Shown here one piece after another: positions 25,067-35,061 of a DNA stretch of 64,000 bases; positions within the stretch are counted from its first letter, which is position 1, and the number at the start of each line of letters is the position of its first letter. The position numbers were made by a program, and so were the translations under genes. Source of the DNA: a virus (Duplodnaviria > Caudoviricetes). The stretch lies in the IMG/VR virus record IMGVR_UViG_3300011723_000019, positions 2,000 to 65,999 of that record; one strand, 5' to 3'. The notes beneath the pieces are model-generated. The model ran no database searches. It had not been told where the DNA came from and worked only from the letters and a program-made list of their open reading frames with translations.

Positions 25067-25393
25067 ATGAAAGTAGAACTTCTAACTGACCGCTATGCTA
25101 TGAGAATAGATTATGGTCAATCGCACAAGGATTTTTCAAAATGTCTCAGTGAAATGCATGAGCTAGTGAAAAATATCACTCAGGTAGGTTTACAAGTAAC
25201 TCCAAAAGAAGAGACTTTATCCTACATCACTTGCTGGAAAAATGAAACTGTTGTTGCTCGTGTTGATATCACCGGTATTTCTAGAGGCAGAAAGCAGAGA
25301 GCTCTGGACAATCTCCAAAAGTTTCATCCGGGATGTGTCATCGGAAAATTTACGGCATTCGTTTCACCGGCTCCAGCTGTAACCTTTATCTAA
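25067..25393 (+). CDS. Hypothetical early protein, ARV-motif paralog 1
   Basis: VVARVDIT...LQKFHPGC. Confidence 0.7.
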   Translation: MKVELLTDRYAMRIDYGQSHKDFSKCLSEMHELVKNITQVGLQVTPKEETLSYITCWKNETVVARVDITGISRGRKQRALDNLQKFHPGCVIGKFTAFVSPAPAVTFI

Positions 25394-25411
25394 CCATTAA
25401 CCTGAATAGCC

Positions 25412-25828
25412 ATGATCAACACAACAATTGATAGATCGAAGGGAGAAATGATATTAAAATATCCGGTTCTCTGCCATAGAAAGGATGAGGTTGTCAAATT
25501 CTACTCGAATCAGCAGGCTTTTAATATTTGGTCCATTCGTCAACGTGTATTTATCAAAGATGTGTTGGCCAAGTTTATGAAACAGCGCCAATATGCGCTC
25601 GCAAATCACATGTCTTCACGTCAAGATATTGCTCTACGTCGGATCGACTTTGTGCTTCGCAATTACTACGAAAAGGATTCCCTCAAATTATTGGTCAAGA
25701 AAGTAATTATGTTGGAGTCGGATATATTGGAAATTGCTCCGAGTCCTAGATCGAGGTTCTACGAGCATTATGTGACTGTCATCGTCTGTCTGTTCAACTG
25801 GTGCAAATGGTATTCAAAACAATTTTAA
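25412..25828 (+). CDS. Hypothetical early protein
   Basis: ATG ORF in operon. Confidence 0.7.
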   Translation: MINTTIDRSKGEMILKYPVLCHRKDEVVKFYSNQQAFNIWSIRQRVFIKDVLAKFMKQRQYALANHMSSRQDIALRRIDFVLRNYYEKDSLKLLVKKVIMLESDILEIAPSPRSRFYEHYVTVIVCLFNWCKWYSKQF

Positions 25829-25935
25829 AATTAACACGGGCTTGGCGACCTGAATCGTTCTTTGATCTGCCCTTAGTTTTCGGTGTCCTGATCAGGTCAG
25901 GGGATATGTTAAAATATTAGTAATAGAAGAATAGA

Positions 25936-26268
25936 ATGGAAACAAAACTTATTAATTGGTCGCTAAATGGTGATCTGTCCGTCGGATATTTCGAAGGATT
26001 AAAAATGGCTTTTGATATGGGGTTGAACCATGCCAGGTCGAAGAGCGTAGAAAAGAAATACCCGGAAATGGTAGAGGTATCTTTTATAGAGGTATACGTT
26101 CGGCACAATGTATTGGCCCGTGTTGATGTACGTCATATGGACACAATTCAGATCGAGCAAGAAAAGAAACGGCTGTCTGAGAAGTTTCAGCACAATTGCT
26201 CGCTCGCTCATTATTGCCACTATCAGGAAGAGGGTTTTAAGTTGGATTATTTTGAGGAGGTGATATGA
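25936..26268 (+). CDS. Hypothetical early protein, ARV-motif paralog 2
   Basis: VLARVDVR...LSEKFQHNC. Confidence 0.7.
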   Translation: METKLINWSLNGDLSVGYFEGLKMAFDMGLNHARSKSVEKKYPEMVEVSFIEVYVRHNVLARVDVRHMDTIQIEQEKKRLSEKFQHNCSLAHYCHYQEEGFKLDYFEEVI

Positions 26269-26600
26269 AGAAGTGGATTGTAGCATCTAAGAATGGAAAG
26301 TTTGTTGATTATGCAGATATCACCGATCTACCAGATCTCTATTTAAGAAAAGTACATGACAAATTGCTGAAGAAACACGGACATCAAGGGTTTGGAGTTC
26401 AAGTGGTCGAAGAAGAGGAAGCTAAGCAAATTATTGAATGTCATAATTATCCTGAAATGGCTCTACTTGCTCGGGTAAAGGTTTCTCATAATACATTCGA
26501 TGAGGAAACCGCTGAATTTAGACGTTTGCGAGCAAAATATCCAAAATGCTCTGTTGGTTATAGCCAATGGCGTCCAGGTCTAACATATTTTGAAAGTTAA
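26265..26600 (+). CDS. Hypothetical early protein, ARV-motif paralog 3
   Basis: LLARVKVS...LRAKYPKC. Confidence 0.7.
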   Translation: MKKWIVASKNGKFVDYADITDLPDLYLRKVHDKLLKKHGHQGFGVQVVEEEEAKQIIECHNYPEMALLARVKVSHNTFDEETAEFRRLRAKYPKCSVGYSQWRPGLTYFES

Positions 26601-26602
26601 TC

Positions 26603-26950
26603 ATGGCAAAAAGAACCTACGAATTCGACTACCAGTGCGGTGATGCCAGCTGCATCATTGAGGTAGACACCAAGATTTTTACCGAAGAAATAGCTATTCA
26701 GGCATTGACATTCTTTGATTGGGATTGGGATAAAGAAGCTGATATCATTTCGGAAATTATAAAAAAGTATGCGCTGCGCATTTTTCAGATATCCGCCTCA
26801 GCAAACTATACATTAAAAGGAATTATCCGAAGTTTCAATGATCATGAGGGCTTTGTTCCATTTGGTAAAACTTATGGAATTCAGCTGAAGGAATTTGAAA
26901 AATATGAGTTCGCAGATTATTGTTTGGACGTTCAAATGACGGAGGAATAA
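26603..26950 (+). CDS. Hypothetical early protein
   Basis: ATG ORF in operon. Confidence 0.7.
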   Translation: MAKRTYEFDYQCGDASCIIEVDTKIFTEEIAIQALTFFDWDWDKEADIISEIIKKYALRIFQISASANYTLKGIIRSFNDHEGFVPFGKTYGIQLKEFEKYEFADYCLDVQMTEE

Positions 26951-27054
26951 CTATGCATTTTCTAATTTTTTTAACAACTGTTATTGCTTTGTGCTTTATG
27001 CTATGGTTCGACGGACAGCAAAATAATACTTACAAAAGGAAAAGAAGGAAGTAA

Positions 27055-27432
27055 ATGGAAGAATATCTATTAATGAAGTTCGAATTACAGTATCTCGAGC
27101 AATTACACTTTATGGGATTAGTGTGCCAATACTGTTATCGCCAAACCGGGAATAAATTTTCCATTCAAATAAATGGATCAAAGGGATATTTGAGCAGTAT
27201 AGAAATATTATGTGAGGGAGCTCAGAAGCCAGGGGCTAACGTGATCTCTTTGGAAAAATTGATAACGAGGTCGGGCAGGTTGGTAAAAGGGAAGTATGTG
27301 CACATACTGTATTCGGAAGAGAATGGTATCAGATGCTCGGTTGGCGGAAAAAACTTGGAGAAATATGCCACGGAACAAATGCTCCAGAAAATAAGGGAAC
27401 GGAAAAATACACTACCAGAAAAAAAAGGATAA
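27055..27432 (+). CDS. Hypothetical early protein
   Basis: ATG ORF in operon. Confidence 0.7.
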   Translation: MEEYLLMKFELQYLEQLHFMGLVCQYCYRQTGNKFSIQINGSKGYLSSIEILCEGAQKPGANVISLEKLITRSGRLVKGKYVHILYSEENGIRCSVGGKNLEKYATEQMLQKIRERKNTLPEKKG

Positions 27433-27443
27433 TTACAACTTAA

Positions 27444-27668
27444 ATGGAAATTATAAAAAACGAATACCAGCACATTTTTCAGAGTGAAGATGGTCAAGGA
27501 ACCTTTCAGGTACGGATAAGTAACGATATTAGTCAATTGCAGATGCATACTTCCATGGGAGATTGGGATCATGATGTTTTCGCGGATGTCAATATCCATG
27601 AAATTTTAATGCTTCGTGATATGCTTACAATGGCAATTGAAGCTGATCTTGTAAGGAGGGGTAACTGA
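27444..27668 (+). CDS. Hypothetical early protein
   Basis: ATG ORF; TGATG overlap with the next gene. Confidence 0.65.
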   Translation: MEIIKNEYQHIFQSEDGQGTFQVRISNDISQLQMHTSMGDWDHDVFADVNIHEILMLRDMLTMAIEADLVRRGN

Positions 27669-28096
27669 TGGATATCAAAGCTACACTTTCGAGGATTTGC
27701 AGAAAGATAAAGCATATCGGTGCCACTGAAATCACTAATGATTTTAATGAGGATTATGCGAAAGGATACGAACATGCAACCAAGCTGTTTTGTATTGCAA
27801 TGGTTAACGAGTTCGGGGATTATGTCCAGATCGAGGAGAACAAAGCCATGGTGATCCGTAGTTTGAAGAAGAAGATTGAAGATCTTGAAAAAAAATGTCT
27901 AGCGCAAAAGTTGAACATTGATAAAATGGAGTATCTACTCAATCGAACCTCAACTATTACTTTAAGTAATAATAAGAAAAAGAAGATTTTCCGGGCTGTT
28001 GCTGTGATCACTGGTCAGCCTTACGAATACATTAAAGAGCAGTTTGTTGAATTGCTTGATGGAAAGCTTATTAAAAGTAAAAATCTAAACAAATAA
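27668..28096 (+). CDS. Hypothetical coiled-coil protein
   Basis: ATG ORF in operon. Confidence 0.7.
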   Translation: MDIKATLSRICRKIKHIGATEITNDFNEDYAKGYEHATKLFCIAMVNEFGDYVQIEENKAMVIRSLKKKIEDLEKKCLAQKLNIDKMEYLLNRTSTITLSNNKKKKIFRAVAVITGQPYEYIKEQFVELLDGKLIKSKNLNK

Positions 28097-28111
28097 ATTA
28101 AATAAATCATT

Positions 28112-28990
28112 ATGAAAAATTTAGCAAAAACTTGTTTTACGCTCATGATCACAATAGGTGTTTTAGGCGGAACTTATGGGATTTACAAAATGGTGGTAGG
28201 AAACTATGCTATGAATGATCCCTTTTCATTCGGCTTTATATTGATGGCCTATATTATATTGGTCGCTGGCGCATACGTAGCAACAAAGCGTATCTGGACT
28301 CTGTTAATTATTGGAGCCGTGATCACTTTTCAATCCTGTAATTATGCGAAATCAAATCAGCAGGTCGTTGTCTCGGAGGATTGTGGTATGACCTGGAAAA
28401 AGATCAATGCCGGGGAAGCTGTGCCAAAAGGTGGTTTGAATATGTGTTATATGAAAGTTGTTGTTCCTAATTTTCCTATGCAGGGCGAAGCCACTTTCAT
28501 TTCCAATCTAAAAGATAAAGTTCGCGCTAATGTCCATATTGACTATGACTATTCAATTATTGATGCCCTTGCATTTATCAAACAAGCTAAGTTCCTGGGG
28601 AAAGCCAATGTCGATGCTGATAATGAGGAAGCAATTGGTAAATCATTTGAAATGGCTGAAAATATGGTGATCGACAAAAGGATAAAGGATGTGGCCAAAA
28701 GGATATTTGTCGACGAGGATATAGTGGAGCTCGACCAGTCTGAAATAGAAAATCATCTTTTGGCTGAGAGCAATAAAGTGTTAGAGCAGCTTGGGGTTCA
28801 CCTGAACTTCATTACACTTTCATTCGACCTCGATGAGCAAACACGTCAAGCTATTGACGTATCCACAGCAATGAAAATTTATGAATCGAAAGGACTAACT
28901 GATCTTGGAAAGCAGGTGATGTCGCAAAGAGCTGGAGCAACTAAGATCACTGTTGAGAATAAAACTGAAGCTTTAAAATTCGAGAATTAA
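28112..28990 (+). CDS. Membrane protein, possibly SPFH/band-7-like
   Basis: Three N-terminal hydrophobic segments, then a beta-rich domain and a helical tail (ITLSFDLDEQTRQAID). Confidence 0.5.
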   Translation: MKNLAKTCFTLMITIGVLGGTYGIYKMVVGNYAMNDPFSFGFILMAYIILVAGAYVATKRIWTLLIIGAVITFQSCNYAKSNQQVVVSEDCGMTWKKINAGEAVPKGGLNMCYMKVVVPNFPMQGEATFISNLKDKVRANVHIDYDYSIIDALAFIKQAKFLGKANVDADNEEAIGKSFEMAENMVIDKRIKDVAKRIFVDEDIVELDQSEIENHLLAESNKVLEQLGVHLNFITLSFDLDEQTRQAIDVSTAMKIYESKGLTDLGKQVMSQRAGATKITVENKTEALKFEN

Positions 28991-29019
28991 CTGAATTATT
29001 TAATCTTAAAAGAGTAATC

Positions 29020-29274
29020 ATGTATAATATTTTAGAGTCAAATATAAAGTTCGATAAAGCAGGACAGATTCTGTCTGTATTAGTCCTTGTCGAAATTTCC
29101 AAGGGAGATATTAGAGCGATTGAGGGAACCAATAAGCCCACAGGTGGATACATGCTCATCATGCCGAATACTGATTATAAAGTTGCTGATTTAATGCAGC
29201 AGGTCGCAGGATATGGACGGGAAGTAACAGAATTGAAATTGATTCCCACTCCGTGGAAAAAACATTTTAAGTAA
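29020..29274 (+). CDS. Hypothetical protein
   Basis: ATG ORF. Confidence 0.65.
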   Translation: MYNILESNIKFDKAGQILSVLVLVEISKGDIRAIEGTNKPTGGYMLIMPNTDYKVADLMQQVAGYGREVTELKLIPTPWKKHFK

Positions 29275-29282
29275 TCTTTTAT

Positions 29283-29600
29283 ATGGATTTGAGAATATTT
29301 GAATCAATCACCCGAACAGTGACGGTGATCCATCCGGAAAAGTCCTTTGCTATTTTTTCATTTACTCCTGAAGGAAGCTTATTCATAGACTCAGACTGGG
29401 GTTTTTATGGCCACAGGTGGAGAGGCTGGGGTGAGGAAACTTTTGTCAATTTTTTACTGCAGATCAGCGAAGATTATTTTGTGAAAAAGCTGGAGATTAA
29501 TTACTTCAACGAAACTGGAAATAAGCTCGTTGAATCTCGCAAGCAAGCTTTGGCCATACTTTTTTCCGAGTTTCAAAAATACCTTTACGACCATCGATAA
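29283..29600 (+). CDS. Hypothetical protein
   Basis: ATG ORF. Confidence 0.65.
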   Translation: MDLRIFESITRTVTVIHPEKSFAIFSFTPEGSLFIDSDWGFYGHRWRGWGEETFVNFLLQISEDYFVKKLEINYFNETGNKLVESRKQALAILFSEFQKYLYDHR

Positions 29601-29653
29601 CATGCTCATTTTCCTCATTAAAATACTTGCAATTATAATTCAATTAAAAATCC

Positions 29654-32600
29654 ATGATAACTCAAGAAAGTATAGATAAAATATTAGATGCCACAAAAAT
29701 AGAAGATGTAATTGGCGAAGTAGTGAAATTGAAGAAGAAGGGATCTAATCTGCAGGGATGTTGTCCTTTTCATGATGAAAAAACAGCATCATTTGTAGTA
29801 AGTCCATCTAAACAGATGTACAAGTGCTTTGGCTGTGGTGCTGGAGGTAATGTGGTTACTTTCTTGATGGAGAAGGAGCGGATGGAGTTTCCGGATGCGA
29901 TACATAAACTTGCTGCCAAGTACTCAATGACGGTTGAGGAGACGATTTCTAATGAAGAAGATAAGGAGGTTAAGGAAAAACGTGCTACGATGATCGACCT
30001 TAACAGGTTTGTGCAGAAGTCGTGGACTAACAATATTCTAGGTTTACCGATCAACCATTGGTCGGTAAATTACCTTTTGGAAAATAGAAGGCTTTCAATG
30101 GATACAATAGTGGAGTGGCAGATCGGGTATTCTCCAGATGCCATGAAATCGATCACTCCACATGTGCTCAACAATGGTCAATATGCAATTGCTGAAGAAC
30201 TTGGTTTGGTGAAAAAGAATGATAATGGCAATGTTTATGACACTTTTATCAACAAAGTAATATTTCCTATTCATAGTGATCGGGGCGATATCATTGCTTT
30301 CTCCGGAAGAAAAAATGATGAGGAAAAGAGGGAGGGGCCGAAGTATATAAATTCTAAGACTTCATTACTCTATCGAAAAGAAGAGGTCCTATTTGGGCTT
30401 TGGTTTGCTAAGCAGGAGATCCGGAAAAAGAAAAGTGCAATATTGGTGGAGGGAAACGTAGATGTGATCATGATGCACCAGATGGGCATCCGCAATACAG
30501 TCGCTTCATGTGGTACCGCTTTAACCGAAAGTCACGCTCAAAAGCTTGCCCGGCATTGTCAAAGTGTGACGATATTTTTTGACGGAGATGATGCTGGACA
30601 TAAAGCGACTTTAAAGTCAATCGATATCTTGATATCTGCCGGCCTTCGTGTCAATGTTGCGCGTCCGGACAAAGAGGACGATCCGGACACATTGTGTAAA
30701 GTACTCGGCAGTGAATTGCTTCCAAAAGATGGTGAAATGCCTGCTAAAGGACTAGAAGGCCGTAAAAATCCGATCGATGAGTGGTTGGAAAATCACACTC
30801 AAGACGGGGTAATGTGGAAAGCTATGTACCTTTTGGATCATGCGAAGGACGATATCCATTTAAAAGATCAGGCGTTGGCTGATATCGCGATTATGATTTC
30901 ACTGGAGCAATCTGATTTTTTACGCGAGAGCTACATCGATAAGATTTCGAAAGCTAAGAAGATGAAGCTCGGTACGTTGACAAAACGTGTTGAGGGGCTA
31001 TTAGAAGAGAGAGCAATACTGGAGGAAAAGCAACAGCACCAGGAATCAATAATGCCTTCTTGGATCAATAAAGAAAAGTTCTATACGCTAGGTTTTGACT
31101 CCAAAAAAGATGGTGATCAGCATACTGGTATATACTTCCATACTGGGGAAAAGGGTCCAAAACAACTGACTAATTTTATAATCAAACCTTTGATCCACGT
31201 CTATTCTAAAGATGAAAATTCCAATAGGCGTTTGACAGAGGTCGACAACGGGATATCAAAGACTGTTCTTGAATTACCCTCCAAAGCATTTACTTCAGTC
31301 GACCAATTAGAAACGATATTGCTAAATGAGGGTAATTTTTTTATGAAGGATGGTTTTGCCAAATCACATTTGAATAAGCTTAAATCAGTTTTATTGAGAG
31401 AATATCCAAAATGCTTTGAGCTGAAAACACTAGGCTGGCAACCAGAAGGCTTTTGGTCATATTATAACCAAGTTTACTATAATAATACTTTACATGCATT
31501 TAATGAATATGGTTTTACTGATGTTGAAGGAACAAATTATCTATCGATGGCTGCGAGTTCCTTGTCAAAGGACGTTCGGGCTGAGGATGACATTTATAGA
31601 AATGACCGGTATCTGTCCTGGTCACCAGGACCTTTCACATTTTCAGAGTGGGCAGTGATCTTTGTAGGGGCCTATGGCCGTAATGCCTGGACTGGATTGA
31701 TGTTTGTATTCGTTACCATTTTCCGGGATATCGTATACGCTCTGAATTCCTCATGCCCTCATTTCTATGTGTACGGATCAGTTGGTTCGGGTAAGTCTGT
31801 ATTCGCTGAATCCATATCAAATCTATTTTTTAAAGAAATGCCTTTCTTTAATCTGAACCAAGGTACCGACTTTGCTTTCTTCTCGAGAATGGAACGTTTC
31901 CGTAACTGCCCTGTTGGCTTTAACGAATTTGATGAAAATGCGATCAAAGAGGAATGGTTCCGTGCGATTAAATCATCTTTTGACGGTGAAGGCCGTGAAA
32001 AAGGCTCGATGACAAAACGGAAAAAGACAGAAGTACAGGAAATCTATTGTACACTAATTCTTATAGGTCAATACCTATCGACCAAAGATGATGCTTCAGT
32101 TTTGTCAAGATCTATTCCGGAACAGATATCCTCAACCTACCGAACACAAGAACAGATTGATAACTTTAACCGATTGAAAGCTTGGGAGAAAAAGGGCTTG
32201 GGTGGAATTTTGGTTGAGCTTCTTCAGTATCGCCCTTTGATGGAAAGCAAGTATGCAGAGTTATACGCTAAAGAGTTCAAAAAACTGTCTCAGGCATTTG
32301 AAGCACAGGGTATTCGAGTGAAGAGCCGTATTCAAAATAACTTTTGTACGATGCTGACAATTCGGAAGCTACTCGATGGAATGATTGAATTTCCTTTTTC
32401 GTACGATGATTTTTTTGAACATGTAAAACGTTCAATAATGACGTTATCTCAGCGGATTACCGAATCTGATTCTCTAGCCGCATTCTGGAAAACAATGGAA
32501 TTCTTGCTAGAGCAAGATATGATCATCGACGGTTGGGATTTCAAGATCGATGTGAGGGACTCTGTGCCATTAATTATATCGCGTTCGGAAGTGGGCGAAG

Positions 32601-33220
32601 ATGGAAAAAACACTCGTGTGAAGACTTTTGAAGAGCCAAAAAAACTTTTGTATGTACGAATGACCAATATTCACCCATTGTATATGAATGCCACTCGGCA
32701 ACAGACAGGGAAAACAGGGCTAAACAGTGAAACTATTGCTACCTACATGAAAGAACAGGAGTCTTTTATCGGAACGATAAAAGGTGTTGTTTTCAAGATG
32801 AAGAATGGAAATTCTTCGACTTCCAGCGCATTTGTATTTGATTATGATATGATGAACCTGAATCTGGAACGTGAAGTTGCTCCAGTGGGAACTCAGCGTA
32901 CCATTATCGGATCGGTTAGGTATAAAGATGCTGCCGTTGTGGAGGCTTTGGGCGAGACTAAAGTATCCTGGACAATGGAAATTGATGAGTCATATGAAAA
33001 GGATGATTACAAAGTTGAAAAGATTATTCAAGTTTCTTGTTTCTCCAGAAAACTTGATGAGGTTCGCCGCCTGACTGTTGGTACACCGATAAAGGTTGAG
33101 GGACTATATACTGAGTATACAGCTGGAGATAAACGTCGAGGCAGCATGTTAGTAGAAAATATTGAATTTACTGAAGGTCCTTCAGTCCCTGTTCAGGATC
33201 AGGCCGAATTGTTCAATTAA
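29654..33220 (+). CDS. DnaG-type primase (CHC2 zinc finger + TOPRIM) fused to a P-loop helicase-like domain and a C-terminal SSB-like OB fold
   Basis: CCPFHDEKTASF..YKCFGCG; LVEGNVD, FDGDDAG, DPD; GSVGSGKS Walker A; ends QAELFN. Confidence 0.9.
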   Translation: MITQESIDKILDATKIEDVIGEVVKLKKKGSNLQGCCPFHDEKTASFVVSPSKQMYKCFGCGAGGNVVTFLMEKERMEFPDAIHKLAAKYSMTVEETISNEEDKEVKEKRATMIDLNRFVQKSWTNNILGLPINHWSVNYLLENRRLSMDTIVEWQIGYSPDAMKSITPHVLNNGQYAIAEELGLVKKNDNGNVYDTFINKVIFPIHSDRGDIIAFSGRKNDEEKREGPKYINSKTSLLYRKEEVLFGLWFAKQEIRKKKSAILVEGNVDVIMMHQMGIRNTVASCGTALTESHAQKLARHCQSVTIFFDGDDAGHKATLKSIDILISAGLRVNVARPDKEDDPDTLCKVLGSELLPKDGEMPAKGLEGRKNPIDEWLENHTQDGVMWKAMYLLDHAKDDIHLKDQALADIAIMISLEQSDFLRESYIDKISKAKKMKLGTLTKRVEGLLEERAILEEKQQHQESIMPSWINKEKFYTLGFDSKKDGDQHTGIYFHTGEKGPKQLTNFIIKPLIHVYSKDENSNRRLTEVDNGISKTVLELPSKAFTSVDQLETILLNEGNFFMKDGFAKSHLNKLKSVLLREYPKCFELKTLGWQPEGFWSYYNQVYYNNTLHAFNEYGFTDVEGTNYLSMAASSLSKDVRAEDDIYRNDRYLSWSPGPFTFSEWAVIFVGAYGRNAWTGLMFVFVTIFRDIVYALNSSCPHFYVYGSVGSGKSVFAESISNLFFKEMPFFNLNQGTDFAFFSRMERFRNCPVGFNEFDENAIKEEWFRAIKSSFDGEGREKGSMTKRKKTEVQEIYCTLILIGQYLSTKDDASVLSRSIPEQISSTYRTQEQIDNFNRLKAWEKKGLGGILVELLQYRPLMESKYAELYAKEFKKLSQAFEAQGIRVKSRIQNNFCTMLTIRKLLDGMIEFPFSYDDFFEHVKRSIMTLSQRITESDSLAAFWKTMEFLLEQDMIIDGWDFKIDVRDSVPLIISRSEVGEDGKNTRVKTFEEPKKLLYVRMTNIHPLYMNATRQQTGKTGLNSETIATYMKEQESFIGTIKGVVFKMKNGNSSTSSAFVFDYDMMNLNLEREVAPVGTQRTIIGSVRYKDAAVVEALGETKVSWTMEIDESYEKDDYKVEKIIQVSCFSRKLDEVRRLTVGTPIKVEGLYTEYTAGDKRRGSMLVENIEFTEGPSVPVQDQAELFN

Positions 33221-33227
33221 GACAACT

Positions 33228-33443
33228 ATGAAAAAGGATGGATTAAAAAAAGGCGGTTTAAAACAATCGAGGTTAAACTACCTGTACCGAAAAGTGAGAG
33301 AGGCAGACTTTACGATCGATCCTGGACTCAGGGAGATTGACGTATTTCCTTACCAATCTTTTAACGAGATTCCTGTTGGTCCTCGATATTACGTAGGGCA
33401 ATTAATGAAAGCTGGATTTAATGTCCAGATGAAGATAAGGTAA
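33228..33443 (+). CDS. Small hypothetical phage protein
   Basis: In-frame ATG 33228 after the primase stop. Confidence 0.65.
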   Translation: MKKDGLKKGGLKQSRLNYLYRKVREADFTIDPGLREIDVFPYQSFNEIPVGPRYYVGQLMKAGFNVQMKIR

Positions 33444-33448
33444 ACTGG

Positions 33449-33634
33449 ATGACGATGGTATATAGAAAGCTATCAAAACGGCAAAAGAAGGACGTTATAG
33501 AGTTATTTTATACCGGAAGTTTTTTATTGAAAGAGTTAGCGCAAAAATACCAAGTCAGTGAAAGCAGCATTAGCTTGTTGATTACAGCTCATTTGAAAAG
33601 TAGAAAATTTACAACCAAAGAAAAAAATGATTGA
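33449..33634 (+). CDS. Small HTH protein
   Basis: LLKELAQKYQVSESSISLLI. Confidence 0.65.
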   Translation: MTMVYRKLSKRQKKDVIELFYTGSFLLKELAQKYQVSESSISLLITAHLKSRKFTTKEKND

Positions 33635-34094
33635 ACAATATTTAGCAAAGGCACCAAAACGCTTTCTTAGTTATGCTATGGGCCTTACCAAAGATATCGA
33701 TGATGCTAATGACATCATACAAGAAGCGATCATCTCAATATGGCGATCTCGCGATCGCACAAATGACCTATCCGACGGATATTTTAAATATGTCCTTAAG
33801 CAAAAGTTTGTGAGCCTGATCAGGAAACAAAAGAAAAATATGCAGCTGCTGTTGGATAGTGAGCCGATCAGCCATAATGATGCACTGACTAAGTTTTATC
33901 TCAAGGAGCTAGATCAGATAGTCGATACGGCAAACCCCTTGCACAGGGACGTGTTTCGGCTAAATATGGCCGGTTACAAATTCCGTGAGATTGCCGAGAT
34001 GTTGGATATCCCTGAAGGAACTGCTGTTGGATCGATGCGATATATTAGAATTAGAATTAAAACCAAATTACTTGAACATGGAAAAGTATCTTAA
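33627..34094 (+). CDS. ECF sigma-70-like factor
   Basis: Region 2 (LTKDIDDANDIIQEA) and region 4 (GYKFREIAEMLDIPEGTA). Confidence 0.8.
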   Translation: MIEQYLAKAPKRFLSYAMGLTKDIDDANDIIQEAIISIWRSRDRTNDLSDGYFKYVLKQKFVSLIRKQKKNMQLLLDSEPISHNDALTKFYLKELDQIVDTANPLHRDVFRLNMAGYKFREIAEMLDIPEGTAVGSMRYIRIRIKTKLLEHGKVS

Positions 34095-34404
34095 GCCAAT
34101 AGAATCCGGTGTCTGTATGATTTGTGGTTGTACTGATCAAGATTGTACCATATGTATTATCAATACTGGAGGCCCCTGTTATTGGGTTAATAATGACCAG
34201 ACTTTTTGTTCTGCCTGTGAGTCGAGAAATAGAGACATGAAGTTCTTAAGTTTCCTTCGTTTGGATATCAAAGGAGCAGGTTTTTTTTCAGCCATGTGGT
34301 TTGAACTTGAAATGGGAGTTGATTATTACTTGTCAAAAAATATTCACCAGCGTATAAATGGTAAAGTTGATCACGAATATTTAATAAAGCCGAATATATT
34401 ATGA
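34078..34404 (+). CDS. Cys-rich (zinc-finger-like) phage protein
   Basis: CMICGCTDQDC..CYWV..CSAC; ATG 34078. Confidence 0.65.
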   Translation: MEKYLKPIESGVCMICGCTDQDCTICIINTGGPCYWVNNDQTFCSACESRNRDMKFLSFLRLDIKGAGFFSAMWFELEMGVDYYLSKNIHQRINGKVDHEYLIKPNIL

Positions 34405-34976
34405 AATCAGGAATTGATTTAATCAAAGAAAAAAGAGATGGTCATTTTCATCATGATCATAGACCTGTAGACGACCTAAAGTATGGAGATGGAAGCTTAA
34501 CCAAAGTTGCAGTTACCTTGCTTACAGGTGATCCGAATCTTTGGCCATTAGGTTGGCCGGATGAAGTTTTGAACAAATTTGTGAACATGCCTGAAGTTGA
34601 AAGGTTAGCTGAGGCAGCTGCTTTCATAGCTGCTGAAATTGACAGGTTGAATTTTGACCAGAATGTCAACTATTATTGTGGGATTGGTATGGATGTATCT
34701 TATAGTGGTGTAGTAGATCTAATTCAGGGAGATGTAATGATCGCTAAAGAGAAAATGTTAGAGCTTATCACAGTCCATTTCCATGCTGTTAACGAGAAAG
34801 AATTGGTCGATAAAGAACTGCGTGGTGTGAAATTTGATTTTACGCATGTCAGGCAAGGACTTTATCATATATGTAATTATATGGATTTTAAGCTACCACT
34901 AGTAATTAATTCTGAAAATGAATGTTTCGAAATAGATTCGGATTACAACATTGAACAGAAACCCAATGTACTTTAA
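34401..34976 (+). CDS. Conserved phage protein of unknown function
   Basis: WPLGW...LAEAAAFIAAEIDRL, a widespread phage motif. Confidence 0.7.
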   Translation: MKSGIDLIKEKRDGHFHHDHRPVDDLKYGDGSLTKVAVTLLTGDPNLWPLGWPDEVLNKFVNMPEVERLAEAAAFIAAEIDRLNFDQNVNYYCGIGMDVSYSGVVDLIQGDVMIAKEKMLELITVHFHAVNEKELVDKELRGVKFDFTHVRQGLYHICNYMDFKLPLVINSENECFEIDSDYNIEQKPNVL

Positions 34977-34982
34977 AGTAAG

Positions 34983-35009
34983 AAGCCAATCGACATGATT
35001 GGCTTTTTT
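34983..35009 (+). terminator. Terminator ending the early operon
   Basis: AAGCCAATC-GACAT-GATTGGCTT followed by a T-run. Confidence 0.8.
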
Positions 35010-35061
35010 GTTTGTAGATAATGAGGAAATTGCTAAGCATATGAAGTAATTTAAAGATGGT

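Noticed and set aside
25847-25898. GACCTGA/TCAGGTC inverted repeat in an early intergenic gap
   Set aside because: Only 7 bp with no U-tract or second copy; too weak to call
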